A stretch of 64,000 nt of DNA from an uncultured Actinomycetes bacterium (GTDB taxonomy: Bacteria > Actinomycetota > Thermoleophilia > Gaiellales > JAICJC01). The stretch is from assembly GCA_963766445.1 (NCBI GenBank), contig CAVXZW010000017.1:24393-88392 (forward strand), in the 5' to 3' direction. Below the pieces are notes generated by a model, which was not told the DNA's origin, did not search any database, and was given only the letters and a program-made list of their open reading frames with translations. Of the stretch, positions 8,842-18,688 are shown one piece after another (position 1 is the first letter of the stretch; every line of letters starts with the position of its first letter). A program made the position numbers and the translations under genes.

Positions 8842-9956
8842 CCCGAGAAGGCCGAGCGGATGCGGCCCAGGAACGACTCGTCGGGCTTGTACGTGTCCTC
8901 CGCAACGGCCGCCTCGAACTCGGCCAGCAGGCGACGCTGGTCGTCGGTCAGCCGCTGCGGCAGCATCACGTTCACCAGCACCCGGTGGTCGCCGCGGCCG
9001 CGGCCGTTCAGCACCGGCACGCCCTTGCCGCGCAGCACTATCACGTCGCCTGGCTGGGTGCCGGCCCGCAGCTCCACCTGCTGCTCGCCGTCCAGCGTCT
9101 CCACCGTCACGGTGGTGCCGAGCGCGGCGCGCGTGAAGGGCAGGTTCAGCACGGTCACGACGTCGTTGCCGTCGCGCTGGAAGCTGGGGTGCGGCCTGAC
9201 CCGCACGCCGACGTAGAGGTCTCCACGCGGCCCGCCCGGCTGGCCCTGGTTGCCGCGGCCGCGCAGCTGCAGCCGCTGGCCGTCCATGATCCCGGCCGGG
9301 ATCTGCACCTCGACCGTCTCGGCCACCTGCCGCAACCCGCGCCCGCGGCAGCTGCTGCAGGGCGTCTCGATCACGACGCCGCGGCCGCCGCAGGTGGGGC
9401 AGGCGCCGGTCTGCACGAACTGGCCGAGCGCCGTCTGCTGCACCCGCTGCACGCGGCCCTGACCGCCGCAGGTGTCACACGTGTGCGACTCGGATCCCGG
9501 CTCCGCGCCGGTGCCGCTGCAGCGGTCGCAGTCGCCGATCACCTCGATGTCGAGCCGGCGCTCGACGCCGAACGCGGCCTCCGCGAACTCGAGCGTCACG
9601 TTGGCGGCGACGTCGCCGCCACGCCGCTGCGCGCGGGCAGCCCCGAACAGGTCGTCGCCGAAGAAGGCGCCCAGCAGGTCGGACAGCGACCCGAAGTCCA
9701 TGAACTGGTCGGTGTGCAGCGAGGAGCCGTCCACCCCGGCATGTCCGAAGCGGTCGTAGCGCGCGCGGGTGTCGGCATCGGACAACACCTCGTAGGCCTC
9801 GGCCACCTCGCGGAAGCGCTCGACAGCCTGGGGGTCGCCGGGGTTGACGTCGGGATGCAGCTCGCGGGCGAGCTTGCGAAAGGCCTTCTTGACCTCGGCC
9901 TCGTCGGCGCCCCGTTCGACGCCCAGCACCTCGTAGTAGTCACGCTTGGCAGCCAC
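8838..9956 (-). CDS. dnaJ: molecular chaperone DnaJ
   Basis: J domain (DYYEVLGV...HPD), G/F region, four CxxCxGxG zinc motifs, C-terminal domains. 372 aa. Confidence 0.95.
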   Translation of the reverse strand: MAAKRDYYEVLGVERGADEAEVKKAFRKLARELHPDVNPGDPQAVERFREVAEAYEVLSDADTRARYDRFGHAGVDGSSLHTDQFMDFGSLSDLLGAFFGDDLFGAARAQRRGGDVAANVTLEFAEAAFGVERRLDIEVIGDCDRCSGTGAEPGSESHTCDTCGGQGRVQRVQQTALGQFVQTGACPTCGGRGVVIETPCSSCRGRGLRQVAETVEVQIPAGIMDGQRLQLRGRGNQGQPGGPRGDLYVGVRVRPHPSFQRDGNDVVTVLNLPFTRAALGTTVTVETLDGEQQVELRAGTQPGDVIVLRGKGVPVLNGRGRGDHRVLVNVMLPQRLTDDQRRLLAEFEAAVAEDTYKPDESFLGRIRSAFSG

Positions 9957-10064
9957 GCGAGCAGTCTAGAGGCGCGCGCCACCGAGCCCGCTGCCCTCAG
10001 CCGCGGGGCGTACCAGCCGCGCAGGGCCGGCGCCGCGGATTGCGGAGCCGACCCTCACGCACTG

Positions 10065-10172
10065 TTACCACTGATGAAAGCCGTGGCCGTGGTGCGGCCC
10101 GACCCTGGCCAGAAACATGGCCAGCGCAACTGCCCAGACAAAAAGCGCTGGGCGCTTCACCAGAATCTTCAT
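10065..10172 (-). CDS. candidate secreted pro-peptide small ORF (35 aa) immediately downstream of the XRE-TPR regulator
   Basis: AGGAGG lies 7 nt upstream of the ATG. MKILVKRPALFVWAVALAMFLARVGPHHGHGFHQW* has a basic N-terminus, a hydrophobic core and a polar His-rich C-terminal 13-mer. Starts 32 nt after the regulator's stop, same strand. Confidence 0.45.
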   Translation of the reverse strand: MKILVKRPALFVWAVALAMFLARVGPHHGHGFHQW

Positions 10173-10204
10173 TTGCCTACCTCCTGCCCACGGGGGTACT
10201 TCCC

Positions 10205-11554
10205 CTACCAGCGAACATCCTGCAGGGCTTCTGCCGCCTGCCGGTACAACTCCGCTGCCCTTGCTGCTTCCCCTCTGCTGTGTGCCACATCCCCGAGCGC
10301 GATCCACGCGCCGGCGAGATGGCTCACCGTCTCCACAGCCGCAAAACAGTCCGCCGCGGCCTTGAAGGACGCCTCCGCCTGGTCGAGCCGGCCGAGCTCA
10401 AGCGACGCGCGGCCGATCACGATTTGAGCGTTACCTTCTTCTTCTCGGTATTCCTCGCGCGAACTCAATAACTCGATCGCGCGATATCCGCTCTCGATCG
10501 CGCCCTCCAGATCGCCGCTGTGCATCCGTGCCGACGCCAGCGACGAGGCCGCGAAGGCCGCGTCGATGCGATTGTCCTGCTCCACCGCGATCCTGAACGA
10601 CTCGCGCAGGAGCGGTACCGCCTCCTCCGGCTTACCGGTGATCGCACGCAGCTGCCCGAGGTTGTTCAGCAGCTTGCCCACGTACTCGTGATCCGCCACC
10701 CGCTCGAACAGCGCCTTCGATCGCTCGGCGTGCTCGCGCGCGCGGGTGTACTCGTTGCGCCGCTCTGCCACCAGCGACGCGTCCAGGTAGGTCTCGGCCA
10801 GCACCCGGTCGTCGTTCAGGGCGTGCGCCAGCTCCAGCGCCTGCTCGACGTCCTCGGCCGCCGCCGTGAAGTCCTTCTGGCGCCGCCGGATCTTGGCCCT
10901 CGCGTTGAAGATACGTGCCCTCAGCGCATCCGACGGGTCGACGGTGGTCTCGCAGGCCCGCAGCGCCTCGTCCAGCAGCGACGCCGCGGTCGCCAGGCTA
11001 CCCATCTTGTACCGGACGACCCCGATCCGGTACAGGGCCAGCGCGAGGGCGTCACCCGATCCAGCCTGCTCCGCCGCATGCCGTGCGGCGGCCAGCTCGA
11101 CCAGCGCATCGTCGAGGCGGCCGACGTTCTGCAGCGCCCAGCCCCGCGCCAGCCGCAGCCGCAGGGCGAGCCGCTCGCTCCCCGGCGACCGGAGGGCGTC
11201 CCTTACACCCTCCAGCTCGGCGAGCGCCTCGGTATCGCGGTGCGCCTCGATCTCGGCCTCGGCACGCGTGACCGCCGCCTCGCAGGCGGCCATGATCGCC
11301 GCCGTGCTCTCCCCGGCCAGCGCCATGCGGTCGACCCCGAGCCGCTCGGCGAACCAGTCGAGTGCGGCCGGCGAGGGCCGCGTCTTGCCCAGCTCCACCT
11401 GGCTCACGTACTCCTTGGAGAAGCGCGAGCCCCCGAGCTCGCCCTGCGTGAGCCCGATCTCGAGCCGCGCCTCGCGCACGCGCGCGCCGACCCCAGTGGC
11501 GCGCTCGCGGCGAGTGACCCCGCGCGTGGTCTCGAGTGTCTTCGCGTCTCCCAT
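10205..11554 (-). CDS. XRE-family HTH transcriptional regulator with a long C-terminal TPR-like domain
   Basis: HTH LTQGELGGSRFSKEYVSQVELGKTRPS, followed by ~360 aa of helical TPR-like repeats. ORF track starts at TTG 11563. ATG 11554 is taken as the start. Confidence 0.8.
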   Translation of the reverse strand: MGDAKTLETTRGVTRRERATGVGARVREARLEIGLTQGELGGSRFSKEYVSQVELGKTRPSPAALDWFAERLGVDRMALAGESTAAIMAACEAAVTRAEAEIEAHRDTEALAELEGVRDALRSPGSERLALRLRLARGWALQNVGRLDDALVELAAARHAAEQAGSGDALALALYRIGVVRYKMGSLATAASLLDEALRACETTVDPSDALRARIFNARAKIRRRQKDFTAAAEDVEQALELAHALNDDRVLAETYLDASLVAERRNEYTRAREHAERSKALFERVADHEYVGKLLNNLGQLRAITGKPEEAVPLLRESFRIAVEQDNRIDAAFAASSLASARMHSGDLEGAIESGYRAIELLSSREEYREEEGNAQIVIGRASLELGRLDQAEASFKAAADCFAAVETVSHLAGAWIALGDVAHSRGEAARAAELYRQAAEALQDVRW

Positions 11555-11568
11555 GTCTCTCAAGGTAG

Positions 11569-11713
11569 CGGACTCCGGGTCACTTGACTAGCACCTCCTG
11601 GAGAATTCGTCGACTGCGGGACTATACGCGATTTCAAGCCAAAACGAGGCGAGTCAAGTAGATCCGACCAGGCAACTTGATTTACCCCTTTTTGTGCACT
11701 TGACCCGGAGTCC
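11569..11713. promoter_or_regulatory. candidate operator array: four CACTTGAC-like boxes and a 13-bp inverted repeat
   Basis: CACTTGAC at 11581-11588 and 11697-11704. Variants GTCAAGTA (~11652) and CAACTTGA (~11673). GGACTCCGGGTCA at 11570-11582 has a perfect reverse complement at 11701-11713. Confidence 0.35.
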
Positions 11714-11728
11714 CCGGGCGACTATTGT
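11700..11728 (+). promoter_or_regulatory. sigma70-like promoter divergent from the XRE-TPR gene
   Basis: TTGACC (11700-11705), 17-nt spacer, TATTGT (11723-11728). Confidence 0.4.
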
Positions 11729-11734
11729 GAGGCT

Positions 11735-11912
11735 ACAACGCAAAGACGGCACGGCGAGACGGTGGTGCCGGAGACGAACCCTCTACCGGTGGGCCGCCGG
11801 GAAGGATTCACAAGTCTCCTCGGGGTCACACCACCCAACTCGCAGCCGGGGGGGTCGGAGTCAAGAAGCGCGTCGGAGTGGACTGGAGCCCCACTCCGAC
11901 GCGCGACTCCGT
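11735..11912 (+). ncRNA. candidate structured non-coding transcript (family not recognised)
   Basis: Starts just downstream of the promoter above. No ORF with the window's strong G/C third-position bias. Several local stems (CGGCAC/GTGCCG, GGAGAC/GTCTCC, CCGGTG/CGCCGG). Ends in a 21-bp interrupted hairpin at 11856-11911. Confidence 0.3.
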
Positions 11913-11925
11913 TAACGGCCCCATA

Positions 11926-12091
11926 GATGGTTGATTCCACGAGCGACGCGGCGCTGGACTGGTCTGGGACACGCCGGACGCCACGATCGTCCTCGGCCAG
12001 GACATCATCCAGCCTGCCCTGCGGACGCTCCCGTCGTCCGGCCCGCCCCATCCTGCGCCCAGCATCCACGCATCCCGTGGAATCAACCATC
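11926..12091. repeat. 166-bp palindromic MITE-like element, copy 1
   Basis: Perfect 16-bp terminal inverted repeats GATGGTTGATTCCACG / CGTGGAATCAACCATC. 150/166 identical by hand alignment to 27459-27624 in opposite orientation. Abuts the hrcA stop codon. Confidence 0.7.
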
Positions 12092-13125
12092 TACTCGTAG
12101 ACCTGCTCGACGAAGTCGGACAGCAGTGCAGCCGCCCCGCGCACCGACCGGATCGCCTTCACGTAGTCCATGCGGTTGGGGCCGATCAGCGAGACCGTGC
12201 CCAGGTTGCGGGCCGGCAGCCCGTAGTTCGCGGCCACCAGCGACAGGCCGCGCAGCTGCGGGATCGCCTCCTCGCCGCCGACGCGCACGTACAGCCGGTT
12301 GGTCTCGAGCGCCCCGCGCAGCAGCTGCAGCAGGCCCGCCCGCTCCTCCAGCGCCAGCATCAGGTCATTGATCTCGGCCAGGTCGTCGTGGCGCAGCTCC
12401 TGCACCAGCCGTGCGGCGCCGCCCACGTACAGGGTCTGCTCGCCGCTGCCCACCAGCTCGGTGAAGGCCGGCTCCAGCGCCCCCATGAACCCCAGCTCGC
12501 GGGCGCCCAGGCCGGGGTCGAACAGGCGCTGGCGCAGCGCTCGCCCGCCCAGTCGCACGCCGCCCAGCTGCTCGTTCAGGTACGCCGTGGCCCACTCGAT
12601 CAGCTTCTCGTCGACCGCCTCCTCGAACGGGAACATGCTCTTGGTGACACCGCCGGTGGAGGTGATCACCACCACCATCACCATCCGCGGCTGCAGCCGC
12701 AGCACCTCGACGTGGCGGATCTCGGCGGTCTCCAGGGGCGGCGCCGTCACCACCGCCAGCAGGTTGGTCACCTGGGACATCATCTCGGTCGTGTTGCGCA
12801 GGGCCGCGTCGACCTCGTTCCGCACCTGCGACAGGTCGATCGGCAGCCGCGCGGCGCCCAGCGGCTGCTCCAGCAGCTGGTGCGCGTACAGCCGGTAGCC
12901 CGCGTCCGTCGGCACCCGCCCGGCCGAGGTGTGCGGGTGGCCGAGCAGCCCCAGCGCCTCCAGCTCGGCGAGTTCGTACCGCACCGTCGATGCCGACGCG
13001 TCCACCGCGCCGCTTTCGACCAGCGCCTTCGAGCCGACCGGATGCCCCGTCGAGATGTACTCGCGCACCACCCGCAACAGGATCAGGACCTGGCGCGGCG
13101 TCAGCTGGCGTTCCACCTCGCTCAT
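12091..13125 (-). CDS. hrcA: heat-inducible transcriptional repressor HrcA
   Basis: 344-aa ORF with the winged-helix N-terminus LTPRQVLILLRVVREYISTGHPVGSKAL. ATGA overlap with hemW. lepA-hemW-hrcA synteny. Confidence 0.9.
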   Translation of the reverse strand: MSEVERQLTPRQVLILLRVVREYISTGHPVGSKALVESGAVDASASTVRYELAELEALGLLGHPHTSAGRVPTDAGYRLYAHQLLEQPLGAARLPIDLSQVRNEVDAALRNTTEMMSQVTNLLAVVTAPPLETAEIRHVEVLRLQPRMVMVVVITSTGGVTKSMFPFEEAVDEKLIEWATAYLNEQLGGVRLGGRALRQRLFDPGLGARELGFMGALEPAFTELVGSGEQTLYVGGAARLVQELRHDDLAEINDLMLALEERAGLLQLLRGALETNRLYVRVGGEEAIPQLRGLSLVAANYGLPARNLGTVSLIGPNRMDYVKAIRSVRGAAALLSDFVEQVYE

Positions 13126-14187
13126 CGCAGCAGCGTGCTGACCACGTCGTTTGCCATGAACCGCCCGCGCTCGCTGAGCCGGATGCCGCCCGGCTCACGG
13201 GCAAGCATCCCGGCGCCGGCCATTCGCTCGAGCTGCCGCGGGTCGATCAGCCACTCCAGCCCGTCCAGCGGCATCGGCCGGTCGAGCCGCAATCCCAGCA
13301 TCAGCCGCTCGCTGCCGCGCTCGGCCGGGCTCAGCAGCTCGATCTCGGCGGGGGGCGCCTGGCCCGCCTCCACCGCCTGAAGGTAGGCGCGCAGGGACGG
13401 CCGGTTGCGGCGCCGCTCCAGGCCGATCGTGGACACGGCGCCGACGCCCAGGCCGAGGTAGTCGCGCCCCTCCCAGTAGCCCAGGTTGTGGCGGGCCTGG
13501 TGGCCGTCGCGGCAGAAGTTCGCCGTCTCGTACCAGTGGTAGCCGCGCTCGCGCAGCGTGGCCACGACCGTCTCGTAGTGGTCCTCGAGCGCCTCCGCCT
13601 GGCGCTCCAGTTCGGCGCCGTGGCGGTGGCTGAAGCGGGTGCCGGGCTTGGCCTCGAGCTCGTAGTAGCTGATGTGCTCGGGCTCAAGACTCGAGGCCTG
13701 GTCGAGGTCGGAGGCGAGGTCTGCGGCCGACTGCCCCGGAACCCCGAACATCAAGTCGAGGTTGAGGTTTGTGACGCCTGCCTGCCGCAGCGCCGTTACC
13801 GCCCGTACAACCCGTTCCGGCGTGGCCCGTCGTTCGAGCGTCGCCAGCAGCTGCGGCTGGAAGCTCTGGGCGCCCAGTGACACCCGCGTCACTCCACCCT
13901 CGACCAGCACTTGAGCCTTGGCGGGCGTGATCGTCTCCGGGTTGCACTCGACGGTCAGCTCGTCGCAGGCGGGCAGCGCCGCCAGCAGCCGCGCGAGCAG
14001 CGCGTCGTCCAGCAGCGACGGTGTGCCGCCGCCGATGAAGATCGTGGCCGGCCGCGCCGGCGCACCGCGGAGCTCACGGATCAGGGCGTCGACGTAGCGG
14101 CCGTGCAGCTCACCGTTGCCGGTGACCGTGACGAAGTCGCAGTACCCGCAGCGATGGCCGCAGAACGGGACATGCAGGTAGAGGTGC

Positions 14188-14201
<14 letters not shown>
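13122..14201 (-). CDS. hemW: radical SAM family heme chaperone HemW (HemN-like)
   Basis: LYLHVPFCGHRCGYCDF radical SAM motif. 359 aa. Lies between lepA and hrcA. Confidence 0.9.
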
Positions 14202-16012
<1,811 letters not shown>

Positions 16013-16032
16013 CGGTTAAGCGTACCGGTGCA

Positions 16033-17603
16033 TCACGTTGCGGGATCGCGGCGGCGGTGCAGGAGGCTGGCCAGGATGTCCACCTCGGCCAGCCGCAGCG
16101 AACGGGCCGCGACCAGGTAGGCGAAGCCGCCGGCGGCCAGCCCCAGGCCGAGCGACACGATCTGAGCCGGCGATCGAGCGGCCCAGGAGCTTGTCCAGCG
16201 GGTACCACACTCCGAACGCCGCGACGGTGCAGTAGATCGTCGCCACCGCGGTCAACGCGGTGGAGCGCAGCACCTCGCGGCCGTGCAGCGAGCCCACCCG
16301 GCGACGCAGCAGCACCATCAGCACGCCCGCGTTGAACGACGTCACGATCGCGGTGGCAAGGGCGATCCCGGCGGCGCCGTAGCGCAGCAGCGCCAGGTCG
16401 AGGAACAGGTTCAGCACCAGGTTCACGAGCGCTACCAGGGTCGGGATACGCGGCTCCTGGAGCCCGAAGAAGGCGCGGGTCAGGAGCAGCGACAGCCCGT
16501 TCCCGAGCAGGCCCAGCGAGAACATCACCAGCGTTGCCGACACGCGCACCGTGTCGGACTCGTTGAACTGCCCGTGCTGGTAAAGCAGCCGCACCACCGG
16601 CTCGGCCAGCACGATCGAGATGGCAGCGGCGGGCAGCAGCAGGAACACGATCGCGCGTATGCCGCGGGCCACGATCAGCGCCAGCTCGACCATGTTGCGC
16701 ACGGCGGCGGCACGCGACAGCTCGGGGAACAGCACGGTCGATACCGCCACCGAGAACAGCCCCTGCGGCAGCATGAACAGGCGGAACGCGTACCCCAGGT
16801 CGCCAGGCGCCGACGAGCTGTGGTGCGCCGCGATGATCGTGTCCAGGGTCAGGTTGACGTTGATCAGCCCCAGCCCCAGCGAGACCGGCACCATCAGGCG
16901 CAGGATGTGCCGCACGTGCGGGTTCCCGAAGCCGAGCCGGAACGCCAGCCCGATCCCGGAGCCGCGCAGCAGCGGCAACGGGATCAGGAACTGCACGATC
17001 GTGGCCACCAGCACGCCCCACGCGTACACCTGCGCCCGGTGCTCGAGCGAGCCGCTGCGGCCGTAGACCAGCAACACCGCGATGATCACGAGGTTCCAGG
17101 CCACCGGCGCGAAGGCCGGGACGCCGAAGATCCGCTGCGCGTTGAGGATGCCGGTGACGACGCCGAACAGCCCCATCAGCACAACGATCGGGAACAGGAT
17201 CCGGGTGAGCGTCACCACCAGGTCGGAGGAGACGTTGCTGGTTCCGACCAGCAGCACCGGCACCAGCAGCGGCGCCAGCAGGATGAACAGGGCCGAGATC
17301 GCGCCCAGCACCACCGCGGTCGTCCACAGCACCATGCTCGGCGACCCGCCACGCCTCCTTCTCCTCGCCCTTCTCGCGCAGCTCCAGGAACACCGGCACG
17401 AAGGCCGCGCTGATGGCGTTGTCGGCCACGATCGCGCGGATCAGGTTCGGCAGGTTGAACGCGACCGTGAAGGCCGAGTAGACGGGGCCTGAGCCGAGCA
17501 CCGCGGCGGCGGCGATCTCGCGGACAAGACCCGCCACCCGGGAGATGGCGGTGGCCACCCCGAAGACGGCCGTGGAGGTCGCCAGGCGGCGAGTATCTGC
17601 CAT
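16033..17603 (-). CDS. murJ: lipid II flippase MurJ (MviN), two frame shifts
   Basis: MADTRRLATSTAVFGVATAISRVAGLVREI... Main body is in ORF 16016..17335. Shifts near 17340 and 16170. After the second shift a third frame gives ...QIVSLGLGLAAGGFAYLVAARSLRLAEVDILASLLHRRRDPAT* with TGA at 16033-16035. Confidence 0.9.
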
Positions 17604-17650
17604 AAACGCGAGAGTCTAGAAGGTCGATCGGTTATCTCCGAGGTGTCCAA

Positions 17651-17713
17651 GGCGCAAGGCATCGCCTTGCGCCGCCCGGGAGTGATCTGCGATCACACAG
17701 ATCACTCCCGGGC
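17651..17713. other. two adjacent perfect GC-rich hairpins in the murJ/rpsT divergent intergenic region
   Basis: GGCGCAAGGC-atc-GCCTTGCGCC (17651-17673). GCCCGGGAGTGATCTG-cgatcaca-CAGATCACTCCCGGGC (17674-17713, 16-bp stem, three GATC sites). Confidence 0.5.
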
Positions 17714-17911
17714 GAGAAACCGGGCAAGGATCGAGGGAGCGTCACTACGGGTCGTATTGGCGCGACCGAGGACGCCACGAGGCGACGGTTCGCAGCCGTA
17801 GCCACCCTGACTCCCGCCGACCTCCAGCCGTTCGCAGCGGCCAGGCCCGCGAGAGGCAACCGATCAACCATCTCGGTGCTATGATCCGTCGGCCCCGGGA
17901 GGGGCTTTTCT

Positions 17912-18184
17912 ATGGCGAATTCGAAGCAACAGGAAAAGCGAGTCCGGACTGCGGCGCGGCAGCGTCTCGAGAACCTGCGCTACCGCACCCAGATCAAGAC
18001 GCTCTCGCGGCGCCTCAGCGACGCCGCCGAGGCGGGCGAGGCAGAGCAGGTGGCCGACGCCCACCGCAAGCTGACGGTGCTGCTCGACCGTGCTTCCGCG
18101 CGGGGCGCGATCCACCGCAACACCGCCGCGCGCAAGAAGTCGCAGGCAGCCCGCATGGCCGCCGGCATCCCCGCCGAGGCCTAA
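17912..18184 (+). CDS. rpsT: 30S ribosomal protein S20
   Basis: MANSKQQEKRVRTAARQRLENLRYRTQIKT... 90 aa. GGGAGGGG SD. TATGAT at 17880-17885 as a possible -10. Confidence 0.95.
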   Translation: MANSKQQEKRVRTAARQRLENLRYRTQIKTLSRRLSDAAEAGEAEQVADAHRKLTVLLDRASARGAIHRNTAARKKSQAARMAAGIPAEA

Positions 18185-18598
18185 ACAGGCCGACCCCTCG
18201 AGCCGCCGCACCCGTGCGGCCAGCTCTTCCATGATCGCGATCGCCACCGACGGTTGCTCGTTCATGACCTCCATGAACTGACGCCGGCCCAGCATCATCA
18301 GCACCATGTCGGACTCGGCCCGCACCGCCGCCGAACGCGGCTTGCCATCGATCACCGACATCTCGCCGAAGAAGTCACCCGGCCCGATCGCATGCCCGAG
18401 CCCGCTGGGCGGCCGCACCACGGCCGTTCCCTCCAGCACGACGAAGAACTCGCGGCCGCTCTGGGTGCGGTACACCACCGGCGCGCCCGCCCGCACCTCG
18501 GCCTGCTCGGCCAGCCGCGCGATCTGGCGCAGGTGCCGCTTCGGCACGTTGGCAAACAGCGGCACCGCGGCCAGCGCGTCGACCCACCGGCGGCTCAT
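18181..18598 (-). CDS. cyclic nucleotide-binding domain protein (3' end uncertain)
   Basis: LFANVPKRHLRQIA...GDFFGEMSVIDGKPRSAAVRA cNMP-binding fold, starting at ATG 18598. As printed, the frame stays open to 17879, exactly antisense to rpsT. A 1-nt shift near the end would stop at 18181. Confidence 0.55.
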
Positions 18599-18688
18599 GC
18601 CGCGCGGTGGCCCGCTCGTGTTGGCCTTGGCAGCGCGGCTGAACGCGGCGGTCACCACTGTTGGGGAGGGGCGCATGGGCCTGCCAGT

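Noticed and set aside
9957-10204. CIRCE operator (TTAGCACTC-N9-GAGTGCTAA) expected near hrcA/dnaJ
   Set aside because: I did not see it by eye upstream of dnaJ, or upstream of lepA-hemW-hrcA within the window. A pattern search would be needed to exclude degenerate copies.
11722-12090. Peptides MVDSTGCVDAGRRMGRAGRRERPQGRLDD... encoded in both copies of the 166-bp repeat
   Set aside because: The similarity is a consequence of the DNA repeat. The frames lack coding bias and have no start or RBS context. In copy 2 the peptide is embedded in an antisense artefact ORF.
11926-12091. Diversity-generating retroelement (TR/VR pair) or 6S RNA as explanations for the two 166-bp copies
   Set aside because: The 16 substitutions are not adenine-specific, neither copy lies in a coding region, and no reverse transcriptase is present. 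Two diverged inverted copies abutting stop codons, with terminal inverted repeats, fit a MITE-like element better than 6S RNA.
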